A stretch of DNA of 45,995 nt from Pseudobdellovibrionaceae bacterium (GCA_041288045.1 JBGGMM010000004.1:1-45995), one strand, 5' to 3'; shown: positions 19,140 through 28,840, numbered from the stretch's first letter. Program-made: numbers and translations. The notes: generated by a model from the letters alone, not told the origin.

Positions 19140-19589
19140 ATGGCGAAGAAAAAAAAGAAAGCAGCAACAAAAAAAGCTGCGAAGAAATCCACAGCAAAAA
19201 AAGCCACGAAAAAAGCTGGCAAAAAAGCTAAGCCTAAAAAGGCCACAGCGAAAAAAGCAGCGACAAAAAAAGCGACTGCCAAAAAGGCTGCACCTAAAAA
19301 AGCCACTGCTAAGAAAGCGTCCCCCAAACCAGCAAAAGCAAAAAAAGCCGCAGCTGGTGGAGCCGCCGAAGCCTACAAGCATGAACCATTAATGGAAGAG
19401 CTGGATGAATTCGGTGATGACATGGCTGGAGTGGAAGACATGGAAGCCGAAGAAGGAGCTGAAGGCGCTTCTGAGGACAATTGGGAAGACCAAGAAGAAA
19501 AAGAAGACGATCCATTTGAAAAAATGGATGATGACGACGAAGACTCAGAAGATGAGGAAGCGGGCAGCGACGACGAAGGTTACTTCTAG
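19140..19589 (+). CDS. Histone H1-like Lys/Ala-repeat protein with an acidic C-terminal half
   Basis: KKATA/KKAAT pentamer repeats, then a D/E-rich tail; GAGGGAG RBS; own terminator. Confidence 0.8.
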   Translation: MAKKKKKAATKKAAKKSTAKKATKKAGKKAKPKKATAKKAATKKATAKKAAPKKATAKKASPKPAKAKKAAAGGAAEAYKHEPLMEELDEFGDDMAGVEDMEAEEGAEGASEDNWEDQEEKEDDPFEKMDDDDEDSEDEEAGSDDEGYF

Positions 19590-19615
19590 TTTCTGTTTTT
19601 AAATTTGAAAAAAGC

Positions 19616-19649
19616 AAAACCCAGCTTTGAAAAAAGCTGGGTTTTTTTT
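19616..19649. terminator. Bidirectional intrinsic terminator
   Basis: AAAACCCAGCTTT-gaaa-AAAGCTGGGTTTTTTTT. Confidence 0.88.
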
Positions 19650-19652
19650 AGC

Positions 19653-20012
19653 TTAATAACGACAGGTAGAAAGAAATTCCTCTCCGTCCACCAAAAGGCG
19701 AGAGGATGCGAGAGGTCCGCCAAAAACCAATTTCATGGCGGCTTCATTGGATCCCATATAAACCACTTGGCCTAGACTTTCAGTCTTTCCTTTAACACTG
19801 ACAAAAGAACTTGAAATCACTTCATCAGAAATTTTGATGCCGACGATTGTTAAGTAGCCCTTCACTCTTCCCGCCTCGTCCGCCTCAAGGATCCCTTGGG
19901 CGGCAAAGCGGTTGGATTCGATGGGTTGGTTACTGTAATCGCAGATGACATCTAAGCTTTTCGCTTGAGCTTGAATCGTGGATAGAATCAAACTTAGAAC
20001 CATCGTTTTCAT
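19653..20012 (-). CDS. Small secreted hypothetical protein
   Basis: Signal peptide ending AQA; two Cys; 9 bp downstream of the sigma54 activator. Confidence 0.65.
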   Translation of the reverse strand: MKTMVLSLILSTIQAQAKSLDVICDYSNQPIESNRFAAQGILEADEAGRVKGYLTIVGIKISDEVISSSFVSVKGKTESLGQVVYMGSNEAAMKLVFGGPLASSRLLVDGEEFLSTCRY

Positions 20013-20021
20013 TGAATGACC

Positions 20022-21092
20022 TTAGTCTTTCATTGGCTTTTGATGAACGGCGAATTTTTCGAATTCACCGTACTCATGAAGCTTGTTGTACAAAGTCTTG
20101 ATTGTAATGCCAAGAGCATTTGCAGCCTGAGTCTTATTGCCGTCAAAGTGAACCAAAGCCTTTAGGATGTAACGCTTTTCAAGCTCACCCAAAGTGATTG
20201 TTGGATCGTACTCTGCTGTTTCATCCTTGGTCTCAGGGTTGCGGATGTTTTCTGGAATATCATTGATCATGATGGTGTGACCTTCACAGAGGATCTGCAA
20301 ACGCTCGCAGACGTTCTGAAGCTCACGGATATTTCCTGGCCAGTCATAGTTGCACATGAATTTCATCGCTTCTTCATCCATCTGACGGCCACGATTTAAG
20401 TAAGCGTGTTCGTTCGAAGACAAGAAATGATTGATCAAAGAAGGAATGTCCTCTTTTCGACGTCGCAGTGGAGGAACCGAAGCAACGATGGTGTTGATAC
20501 GGTAAAAGAGGTCCTCACGGAAATTTCCGACTTGAACTTCTTTTTCCAGATCGCGGTTGGTGGCACAGATCAGACGAATGTCGACTTTGATTGGATCTTT
20601 TCCGCCGACTCGATAAATTTCACCTTCTTGGATGAAACGCAAAAGCTTCGCCTGGATTGCCTGTGAAAGCTCACCGATTTCATCAAGGAACAATGTCCCG
20701 CCGGTGGCAGCTTCAGCAAGTCCCATTTTTTTCTGGTAAGCACCAGTGAAAGATCCTTTTTCATGACCGAAAAGTTCGCTCTCAAGCAAAGTCTCTCGAA
20801 GAGCTCCGCAGTTGATGGCAATGAAAGGCTTGTTTTTACGGCCAGATTTTTCATGAATGGCGCGGGCAATGAGTTCTTTGCCTGTGCCGGATTCGCCCAA
20901 AACCAGGATGTTGGCATTTGAAGCGGCCACTCGCTCGACCATCTTGATCAGCTGGACCATGATCTCAGACTTGAAGATGATGCTTTTTTGCTCGACAATT
21001 TTATGTGTCGGAGTCTGCCACATCACTTGGCGTGCATTCTGGGATGCAGGCAATAGAGGAGAGTTCACATTTTCGTTCGACATACGTTCCAC
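20022..21092 (-). CDS. Sigma54-dependent enhancer-binding protein lacking a sensory domain
   Basis: [38 protein letters not shown], Fis-type HTH; very short N-terminus. Confidence 0.92.
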   Translation of the reverse strand: MERMSNENVNSPLLPASQNARQVMWQTPTHKIVEQKSIIFKSEIMVQLIKMVERVAASNANILVLGESGTGKELIARAIHEKSGRKNKPFIAINCGALRETLLESELFGHEKGSFTGAYQKKMGLAEAATGGTLFLDEIGELSQAIQAKLLRFIQEGEIYRVGGKDPIKVDIRLICATNRDLEKEVQVGNFREDLFYRINTIVASVPPLRRRKEDIPSLINHFLSSNEHAYLNRGRQMDEEAMKFMCNYDWPGNIRELQNVCERLQILCEGHTIMINDIPENIRNPETKDETAEYDPTITLGELEKRYILKALVHFDGNKTQAANALGITIKTLYNKLHEYGEFEKFAVHQKPMKD

Positions 21093-21158
21093 CTTTCAAC
21101 ATTTGTTAAAGCTCTTCACGTACGTCTCTTAGCGTGCCCCCACGCCCGTCTTATTGCT

Positions 21159-21174
21159 TGCAAAGCAGTTCCCA
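21159..21174 (-). promoter_or_regulatory. Candidate sigma54 (-24/-12) promoter
   Basis: TGGGAACTGCTTTGCA: GG-N10-GC. Confidence 0.55.
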
Positions 21175-21289
21175 CCCGCGTTCACATTCAAAGACGCTTG
21201 TTACGCAGTGAGTTATATGTCATTCCTACAATTTCCACAAGAAAAATTTTGCAAAGCGTTGTCTTTTTTACAGGGTTTTGGGGGCTCTC

Positions 21290-22216
21290 ATGGCAGCAGC
21301 CAGCAGGCCTCTAAGGCCCCTAATACTTAGCGAAGAGCTTGATAAGTTCCTGAATTATTTAGGAAATGTTGAAAATTGCTCGGCTCTAACCTTGAAAGCC
21401 TATCAGCTGGATTTGAGCCAGGCTTTCCTGGGCTGGAAGGACCCAAAGAAAAAAAGAAAGACTTATACGGAAACCGAGCTGCTTCAAGAAGCTCGCGGGG
21501 CCCTTCAAGCTTGGGGAAGCTTAAGCTTAGCTTCCCGCAATCGGAAGTCGGCCACTTTGAAATCCTTTTTCGGCCATCTCCATCGAGAAGGTCTGATCGA
21601 AAGAGATTTGGCTTCGCAAATTCACAGCCCCAAAGTGCCGAAGAAAATCCCGCATTTTCTCTCTGTGGACGAAGTGATTTCAGTCTTGAAGTCCTATGAA
21701 TCTGATCCACAACCTCAGCCCCTGGAGCATTTATTGTTTCTGCTGCTCTATGGAGCCGGACTTCGAGTGAGCGAAGCTTGCCAACTGCAGTGGCGAAATG
21801 TCGACCTTCAAGGTCGAGTTCTTCGCATCAAAGGAAAAGGTGGAAAAGAAAGACTAGTGGCCCTTCCGCGAAACGTGATCGCAGTGCTCAAGCGCCATGC
21901 GAAGGCCGCTTCAGAAGATTGGATTTGGGGAGAGGATGCGCTCTCGACTCGGAAAGCTTATGAGTGGGTTCGAACTCGAGGGGTGAAGGCTGGGCTTTTG
22001 CGACCCATTCATCCGCATGCTCTGAGGCACAGCTTTGCCACTCATCTTCTGGCCAGTGGTGCGAACCTTCGCACTTTGCAAGAACTGCTGGGACATGAAA
22101 GCTTGCAAGCGACAGAGAAGTACACTCATCTCGGTGTCGACCAGTTGGCCAGAACTTTGGAAATTCATCATCCCTTTGGCTCGTCTTTAGGTAGCAAAAA
22201 ACCAGTCTCAAAATGA
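21290..22216 (+). CDS. XerC/XerD-family tyrosine recombinase
   Basis: GLRVSE, GKGGKER, HALRHSFATHLL, LLGH, TEKYTH catalytic residues; no mobile-element context. Confidence 0.92.
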   Translation: MAAASRPLRPLILSEELDKFLNYLGNVENCSALTLKAYQLDLSQAFLGWKDPKKKRKTYTETELLQEARGALQAWGSLSLASRNRKSATLKSFFGHLHREGLIERDLASQIHSPKVPKKIPHFLSVDEVISVLKSYESDPQPQPLEHLLFLLLYGAGLRVSEACQLQWRNVDLQGRVLRIKGKGGKERLVALPRNVIAVLKRHAKAASEDWIWGEDALSTRKAYEWVRTRGVKAGLLRPIHPHALRHSFATHLLASGANLRTLQELLGHESLQATEKYTHLGVDQLARTLEIHHPFGSSLGSKKPVSK

Positions 22217-22258
22217 AGCTTCAGATTGGACCGGACTCTCTCTCGAATTGAGATTTAA

Positions 22259-22286
22259 TCAAGTTTCACCCTCTAGAAACCGATCC
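22259..22286 (+). promoter_or_regulatory. Candidate sigma28 promoter
   Basis: TCAAGTTT-N12-ACCGATCC, ~30 nt before the FecR ATG. Confidence 0.5.
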
Positions 22287-22317
22287 GTAACATGTTGAAA
22301 GAACAGAAGGAGTTCCT

Positions 22318-23307
22318 ATGAACTCAATCAAATGGATCATTGGATTTGGTCTGGCGATGCTGATCACTCTCTCTGCTCATGCGCAAAGCGTGAGTGGTGT
22401 GATGATGGTCGTGAAGGGTGACATCAAAGTCACTAGCAAAGACGGAAAAACCGAAGTGGCCAAAGTCGGCAAGAAAGTATCTGCTGGAGACACTGTCATC
22501 TCTGGCCCTGATTCGCGTGCGAAAATCGTGATGTCAGATAAAAACGTCATCAACGTTTCACCCGATTCAAAAATCGTCATCGAAAAATACGAAAACGACG
22601 GCAAAGACAAAAAGAATGTTGAACTGAACGTGGTGTACGGAAAAGTCCGAGCCAGCGTCGAGCAAAAATACGATGGTGAAAAAAGCAAATTCAACGTTAA
22701 AACCCCATCAGCAGTCGCCGGAGTCCGAGGAACCGATTTCTTAGCAGGCTACAGCCCCACAACAAAAACAGCCTCAGTCACCACCTTCTCCGGAACAGTC
22801 GCCGTCGGTTCCCCAGGTCCAGGTGGCAGCATCCAAAACCCAGTCTTCGTTCAACCCGGTCAAATGACATCAGTCGGAGCTGGAAAACCCCCGGAGACTC
22901 CTCGTACTGTACCTAAAGATGAACTTAACAAAATGAATAACGAGACGAAGGGCGAGGGCTCTTCGAAATCAGATTCAAAGCAAGAACAGAAAGAAGCTGG
23001 CTCCAGTGATAAAGACAAGGGCGACAAAGAGAAAGACAAAGAAAAAAAGGACAAGGGAGATAAAGGCGCTGGTGGAGAAAAGAACGCTAGTACGGATAAG
23101 GGTGCAACAGGCGACAAAGACACTAGCGGTGGGCGTGAACCTTCTTCGACGGGATCTGCGGCGACACCAACTCCAATAGCTGATAGTCCGCCACCTCCTC
23201 CGCCGCCACCTCCTCCGCCGCCAACTCAAACTTATCTGCCTCCACCGCCACCTCCGGCACCGACCAGTACTAAGTCGGCCACGACAATTATTTTGGCTCC
23301 TCAGTAA
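22318..23307 (+). CDS. Secreted FecR-domain protein with a charged linker and poly-Pro tail
   Basis: Signal peptide (AHA), TPSAVAGVRGTDF FecR motif, KDK repeats, poly-Pro runs. Confidence 0.85.
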   Translation: MNSIKWIIGFGLAMLITLSAHAQSVSGVMMVVKGDIKVTSKDGKTEVAKVGKKVSAGDTVISGPDSRAKIVMSDKNVINVSPDSKIVIEKYENDGKDKKNVELNVVYGKVRASVEQKYDGEKSKFNVKTPSAVAGVRGTDFLAGYSPTTKTASVTTFSGTVAVGSPGPGGSIQNPVFVQPGQMTSVGAGKPPETPRTVPKDELNKMNNETKGEGSSKSDSKQEQKEAGSSDKDKGDKEKDKEKKDKGDKGAGGEKNASTDKGATGDKDTSGGREPSSTGSAATPTPIADSPPPPPPPPPPPPTQTYLPPPPPPAPTSTKSATTIILAPQ

Positions 23308-23351
23308 GCCTCTGGATATAATCGAAGCACAGCTATCATAGGAGATCACCT

Positions 23352-25418
23352 GTGCTTCGATTTTTCATTCTTGCTTTTGCAGCATGCACGTCTTCATTTG
23401 CTTTTGCTGAAGTCAAACTGAACGTCAGCAGACCCATTCGAATTGAGTATTCCTCGAAGGCTTGGAATAAGAGTTCTTCGGAGGAAAACACCGGCACGAT
23501 TTTAATGCGCGATTCACGCACGAACCGGTTTGCGCAGATTCAGTTAGTCGAAACAGGACCCGACACTGCAATCTTTATTGGTAGCTATTCAGTGAGTTGG
23601 GGCGAGAGTGAAATCATTCCCGAAGTTTATTTACCACCCCAAGATATGGCCAAATCCGCTGACAGTCTTCAAAAAATGGAGAACATGATCAAAGAAGGCA
23701 CTTTGTTGAGAAAACCTTACTTTGCAAAGAGTGATTCCAAAGGAAACAACACTCTGATGGTTTTTGATACCAAAGAGCAAACTCTCAAAGCTTTCGAAGA
23801 TTACAGACGCGTTCGTCAACAAATTAAAACTTTGGTTACTGAATCAACTTTTGAAGCTCAAGCGAATGCAGCTCTAGAAAATGAAATGAAAGTTCAAGAA
23901 CTCAAATCCAAGGCACTAGAAAATGATCGAAAACGTCTAGCAGCTGAAGAGAGAAAGAAAATTCAAAATCTCAGGCAAGAATTTGATTCGCGACCACTGG
24001 CTGAGCAAGAACGAAGAAAGGCCTTGGCGGAACAGTCCGCAGGCGAAGGAGCTAAGCTCTTTCAACAAGGGAAATTTTCTGAAGCCGAGAAAAGTTATTT
24101 TAAAGCCATTGAACAGGATCCCAACAACTCAAAGTATCTTTTGAGATATGGCGTGACTCTGCATCGAAGTGAAAAGCTGATGCGCTCTTTGGTTTACTTG
24201 GACCTGGTCCCATCCACCGAAAAGGACACCACTGAAAAGGATTTTTACACAAATCTGAATCTCATGAAGCTGAAAGAAAATGACCTAGCTTTGAAAGGTT
24301 TTGAAAATTTAGAAGCCAAAAGTGATAAGGCCTGGAGCCCCCAAGCTGGTCTGTACGCAGGGATTATTGAGTTTCAGAATGAACATTTCGATAATTCAAA
24401 AAAGCATTTTGAATTTGTCTTGGACAACTCTGAAGATCCGGCAATTGATAAATTAGCTGAGGCTTATATTGAACAGATCGCCAATGCTCAGGCCTTCAAA
24501 AAAGAACAAGCCAGGAGATGGGTGATTTCACTGACCGGTGGATTGATGTATGACTCGAATATTTTGTCCACAGCCAATTCATTGATCGATCAACAGCCGA
24601 CTGACTTGGCTGGGTACCGTTGGACCTACAGCGGATCGATTGAATATCGTTTCTTGTATTTTAAAGAAAAAGAACTATCACTTGTTCTTTCTGGAAATGA
24701 TATTTACTCCACAGATTCAAGTTTTCGTCCCCAGCAGAATTTTCAGAATACAGACACCCTTGTGTATAGCGCTTATCTGCCTTACAAGCACAAAGGAATG
24801 GCTTTAGGAAAGTCTTATCAAATGACTTTGTCTCCGGGTTATGAGCAAACTCGGCAGAATGCCGATGCCCTTGGGGATCGAGAGCTTATTTTGAATTCTG
24901 GGGTTCTGAAAAATGATCATACATTTGGGATGCGAGACGATTGGTATGCCACCTATGCAATCGAACTTCGCAGCGATCATTCACTGATCGACAATTCGAC
25001 AACACCTAATGATGATATAACAGCGACAAAAATCACGCTTGGAACCACTCAAACCTTTTTTCAAAATCAAAAAAGAACAGAGGCTTGGATAGGTGAATTC
25101 GGTCTCAGTCAAAATCGTGCCTCAGGTGACAATGCCTCTTATGCACGAGTGGACTTTGCTGCCACTTATATGATGCCTTGGGTTTACGACACGATTTTCA
25201 CAAGTCGCCTCGGCTACTACAATGCCAATTACCCTTTTCATTTGATTGGCCGAACAGATACGAACACAACTCTCACGTTAGGTCTTTTGAAGCCAATTGC
25301 GCAGAAACTCTCTGTCTCTTTGGCTGGCACCTACACCAACAACCAATCCACGCTTGAGACGTCGGATTATCGCAAGTATGTGATCATGACTGTGTTCAGC
25401 TGGTCAGCATCCCTGTAG
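23352..25418 (+). CDS. TPR-repeat protein with a C-terminal outer-membrane beta-barrel
   Basis: Signal peptide, coiled coil, TPR (GKFSEAEKSYFKAIEQDPNN), YDSN strand motif and alternating aromatic strands. Confidence 0.7.
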   Translation: MLRFFILAFAACTSSFAFAEVKLNVSRPIRIEYSSKAWNKSSSEENTGTILMRDSRTNRFAQIQLVETGPDTAIFIGSYSVSWGESEIIPEVYLPPQDMAKSADSLQKMENMIKEGTLLRKPYFAKSDSKGNNTLMVFDTKEQTLKAFEDYRRVRQQIKTLVTESTFEAQANAALENEMKVQELKSKALENDRKRLAAEERKKIQNLRQEFDSRPLAEQERRKALAEQSAGEGAKLFQQGKFSEAEKSYFKAIEQDPNNSKYLLRYGVTLHRSEKLMRSLVYLDLVPSTEKDTTEKDFYTNLNLMKLKENDLALKGFENLEAKSDKAWSPQAGLYAGIIEFQNEHFDNSKKHFEFVLDNSEDPAIDKLAEAYIEQIANAQAFKKEQARRWVISLTGGLMYDSNILSTANSLIDQQPTDLAGYRWTYSGSIEYRFLYFKEKELSLVLSGNDIYSTDSSFRPQQNFQNTDTLVYSAYLPYKHKGMALGKSYQMTLSPGYEQTRQNADALGDRELILNSGVLKNDHTFGMRDDWYATYAIELRSDHSLIDNSTTPNDDITATKITLGTTQTFFQNQKRTEAWIGEFGLSQNRASGDNASYARVDFAATYMMPWVYDTIFTSRLGYYNANYPFHLIGRTDTNTTLTLGLLKPIAQKLSVSLAGTYTNNQSTLETSDYRKYVIMTVFSWSASL

Positions 25419-26007
25419 AGAGATATTCGCGGAGTTTGTTTTCTGCCCATGAGAGGTGCAGGTCTTTTTGAGGGTCTTCGAGACCCTCGATTTTTTCATG
25501 GTCGGCCATCGAAGTTCCCAGGTAGGGATTCATCCAAGATTCAGGTTCTAGCACTCCTTGTTGAAAGAGAAGCTTCAAACAGAAATGCAGCCGAAAGGTC
25601 TTGAGGCTTTTTGCTTTTTCAAGAGTTCGGAGGGAATGACCGCCAAGATTGAAAAGTCCTTCGGAATGGACGTCGCCTTCTTGTGAAGCTTTCGAGAGAG
25701 TCTCGATCACAAAAAAAGCGGCCTCCACTCTGTCATAGTCATTTCGGATTTTATCAAAACCGTTCACGAGATGGGCGCCTTCAAGAGTCGCAATTTTGTT
25801 CTCTTGCAAGGGCCGTTTGAACTGAAGCTCGACAAAGTGGGTGGGCTCCAGCACCCCGCCAGAAAATCGGCGCTTGGATTTCAGAGCTCCCCGCGCCAGC
25901 AAAGAAATCTTCTCCCCGCCAACAGTCAGCGCCTGCAGAATCAAATCCGCTTCACCGTATTTGGTGGATCGTAAAATCAAAGCTCGGGTTTTAACTGAGG
26001 TCGGCAA
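25396..26007 (-). CDS. recO: DNA repair protein RecO
   Basis: ALILRSTKYGEADLIL...ARGALKSKRRF..LEP N-terminal OB-fold motif. Confidence 0.88.
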   Translation of the reverse strand: MPTSVKTRALILRSTKYGEADLILQALTVGGEKISLLARGALKSKRRFSGGVLEPTHFVELQFKRPLQENKIATLEGAHLVNGFDKIRNDYDRVEAAFFVIETLSKASQEGDVHSEGLFNLGGHSLRTLEKAKSLKTFRLHFCLKLLFQQGVLEPESWMNPYLGTSMADHEKIEGLEDPQKDLHLSWAENKLREYLSTGMLTS

Positions 26008-26965
26008 TTTGGCACTCCCGGAGAGCTTTGTCCAATGTAGCTCTCAAATCGGGATGTTCCAAGACTTCAATGCCTAAAATCAAGAGTCCACGCAAAATTG
26101 ATTCTGCCGGTCGTGGCTTCCACCATTCATCATAATTGCGAACTCCGCCCCAACGGCAAAGATGCGTGGTTTCCAACCGAGTTTCCCAGCCAGGAGCCCG
26201 CAAATTGAGCTTCAAAGAGGATGCAAGAAACTGCTGAAGCGCCTCGCCAGCAAGGCTTTCCGAATAAATCAGAGCTCGATCAAAACAGCGCTGTGAAGTC
26301 TGCAAAAAAGCAGAAAATCCGGCTGGCAAATTCTTTTCAAAATTGAGAACAAGCTCTTTTTTTTCCACACTTTCAGCTTTCGCCTTCTGAAGTGAAGCCA
26401 AAAATTGCGGAGCCTCCCATTCCAGAAAAGGTGCAATCAAAGCCGGAGCTCGCATTTTAGATCCGATCAAGGCCACAGCCGTTTTGGGATCAAAAGAACA
26501 CAGGCGAACAGAGTAAGGAAGCAATTCGGTCTGGCGAAAAAGATGATTGTGATGAGAGACTTTCAGACAAAAAATCCGCTTTTCATTGAGCAGCTTCTCA
26601 ATCTCTTCGGTCTCATACAATTCACCACTAACAGCATGGTCTTCACAAAGAATCGCAAAGCAAGTGTCTTTCGCTAAACTTTCCACCCACTCTTTGGCAG
26701 CAAAGGTCTCTGGAGCAATCTGCACTTGATAGCCCTCTTTGTAGAGATAAGGCAATATCGGATGCAAATGCGGACTGTGACCCGTGACCAGAGCCACGCT
26801 GCGTTTGTGACTGTAAAATTGCGCAATTCCCAAGGCAATTTCAAACACCCCGCTGGCCAATCCCAGATAGCAACGGATCTGCAATTCCGAGCTCGCCTTC
26901 AGCTCATCGGACACAGACTGATTGAGATTTTCCCAAGTTTCAAAAGACGAGAGATCCACTTTCAT
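25991..26965 (-). CDS. Hypothetical protein with a degenerate IscS/class-V aminotransferase-like pattern
   Basis: EGYQVQI...KDTCFAIL...SGEL pattern recalls IscS; no SxHK PLP-lysine motif. Confidence 0.5.
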   Translation of the reverse strand: MKVDLSSFETWENLNQSVSDELKASSELQIRCYLGLASGVFEIALGIAQFYSHKRSVALVTGHSPHLHPILPYLYKEGYQVQIAPETFAAKEWVESLAKDTCFAILCEDHAVSGELYETEEIEKLLNEKRIFCLKVSHHNHLFRQTELLPYSVRLCSFDPKTAVALIGSKMRAPALIAPFLEWEAPQFLASLQKAKAESVEKKELVLNFEKNLPAGFSAFLQTSQRCFDRALIYSESLAGEALQQFLASSLKLNLRAPGWETRLETTHLCRWGGVRNYDEWWKPRPAESILRGLLILGIEVLEHPDLRATLDKALRECQIADLS

Positions 26966-27156
26966 CCCGTTCAGTGTAGCAAAGCTGACTTCGAGCGAAG
27001 TACGGACCTAAGTCCAATTTACAATCTCAAAATGAGACAGTCCCAAATGCTGTCTAAAACCGAGACAGTTGATGGGCCCTTTTTGTTTCCCAAATTGAAT
27101 AGCCCGGAATACAAAACCTAAATACTTGATATCAGAAGTGAATCAGAATCCAAAAT

Positions 27157-27173
27157 CTGGCCGTTGGCTTGCT
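27157..27173 (+). promoter_or_regulatory. Candidate sigma54 promoter
   Basis: CTGGCCGTTGGCTTGCT: GG-N10-GC, 26 nt before the ATG and its AGGAGG RBS. Confidence 0.65.
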
Positions 27174-27199
27174 CTTCACAAGAGTCATCAGGAGGCCCC

Positions 27200-28840
27200 A
27201 TGCACGTGGCTGGAGTCAAAAAAACCATGAAACAACTGGGTTGGATCCTAATGGCCTTCCACCTTTTGGCTTTTACTTCGCCTCAGCGAGATGACCTGAT
27301 TGAAATTAAAGGTTTTCTAAACGGCCGGAGTGAGGGCTCTTTCACAGCCCAGAATCAAAATCGGCTCTATGTCCTAAAATCTGGAACTCGTGCCGTCGTC
27401 CGCGAAGTGAAACATTTTAATTCTGGAAATTACGGACTTTGCCTCAGCTTGCTCAATGCCACGGATATTCCTTCAAACTCTGATTGCGTCTGGGCGTACT
27501 TTGACGTGAAAAATCCCGCACTGAATTTATATTCAGTGTCTGGCAATCCATCCGTCCGAAAGCAAACGATTGAAACTTGGGCCAAAGATGGGAAAACAGT
27601 GCGCTTAAAGAAAGCAACCACTCCGTCCCAAGGCCAAGCGGCGCAGACCACGAGACAGACGACTGCCGTGGTTGAAAATAAAAATCCTTCCCGAACAGAC
27701 TCAAAAGCAGTTGCTCAATCCGTCGTGCAGGGCATTCATCAAACCAACAAATCCGTCAGCACAGCAATGGGAGCATCTCATTCGGAAGTCTGCATGGACT
27801 GCTCGAAGCCATCACTGGTCTCTTATGAAACGGCCTGCAAAAATGATCCAAAACAAAATTATTTAGAAAACACTCTCTCTGGAATCCTGAACCAATCGTC
27901 GGATTCCGCATTTTACCAATCTCCACAGAAAGAAGTGATTCGAACGGCCTGCATTCAAAGAAATATGCAGACTTTTGTTTCAAGCCGCGAATTTTATCGA
28001 ACCTGCTCACCTCAGCAGCTTTCAGGTGGGACAAAAGCCGCGAAGGCCTGCCTCAGCGAAAACTATGTCAATATCACTTCGAAAGCTTTCAATTTGGCTG
28101 CTGATTGCCTTGGTGATTATGTGGCAGGTAGCGAATCTGGCAAGGGCCAAGCCGCTCTGAGTATTTTTTCTTTTATGGCCCAAGAATCTGGAATGCATGT
28201 GAACGCCAGAAGCTCGACAGGCGCTGGCGGTCCAGGGCAAATGACTGGCGGAGCAATCAATGCCGTCAATCAGGACATGCGAAACATCAAACGACATTTG
28301 GAAAACTCCAAAAATCCAAACTGCTCACAAACTCTTGCTCGTGCTTTGAAAAATCCATTGAGCACTCGCGGAGCTTCTTGTGATCGGATCCGTCTCGATG
28401 ATGGCAATCCAATGAAGAGCATGGCCTACGCTTTCGCCTACCAGGCCATCAATCGCCGCGTCCTTGATAACGTGGTTTTTGACGAAGCTCTGTTTGGTAA
28501 AGTGATCTCTGATGAGTTGCCAAAAACGCAAAAGGACCGATTGATGATGGAGCTTTCTGCTTGGTCTCACAACACAGGGCCCGCCGGAATGACTGGCACT
28601 CGCTCACGTCCAGGCCCGCTGATTGCGCAATTGAGATCCTACGCTTCTCGCCGGGCCCAGCTGAAAACAAAATCTGACGTGGATCAATTTATGACCGGAT
28701 TGAAAGATTACATGCGAAGATACGCTCATCCCGCGAACAGTTCAGCGTCAAGAGTCAGAGAAACTTCAAATTACTATGAGAATATTCAGAAAAAGATGAA
28801 AATGATCACACAGGAGGCTCAATCATGTCTCGCCAATTAA
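27200..28840 (+). CDS. Secreted Cys-rich lytic transglycosylase (SLT/lysozyme-like)
   Basis: QESG...NARSSTGAGGPGQMT (motifs I/II, catalytic Glu) and SHNTGP (motif III-like). Confidence 0.75.
   Translation: MHVAGVKKTMKQLGWILMAFHLLAFTSPQRDDLIEIKGFLNGRSEGSFTAQNQNRLYVLKSGTRAVVREVKHFNSGNYGLCLSLLNATDIPSNSDCVWAYFDVKNPALNLYSVSGNPSVRKQTIETWAKDGKTVRLKKATTPSQGQAAQTTRQTTAVVENKNPSRTDSKAVAQSVVQGIHQTNKSVSTAMGASHSEVCMDCSKPSLVSYETACKNDPKQNYLENTLSGILNQSSDSAFYQSPQKEVIRTACIQRNMQTFVSSREFYRTCSPQQLSGGTKAAKACLSENYVNITSKAFNLAADCLGDYVAGSESGKGQAALSIFSFMAQESGMHVNARSSTGAGGPGQMTGGAINAVNQDMRNIKRHLENSKNPNCSQTLARALKNPLSTRGASCDRIRLDDGNPMKSMAYAFAYQAINRRVLDNVVFDEALFGKVISDELPKTQKDRLMMELSAWSHNTGPAGMTGTRSRPGPLIAQLRSYASRRAQLKTKSDVDQFMTGLKDYMRRYAHPANSSASRVRETSNYYENIQKKMKMITQEAQSCLAN

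Noticed and set aside
21290..22216. Tyrosine recombinase as a phage/island or integron integrase
   Set aside because: Size and motifs match housekeeping XerC/D; no IntI insertion, att-like duplication or cargo.
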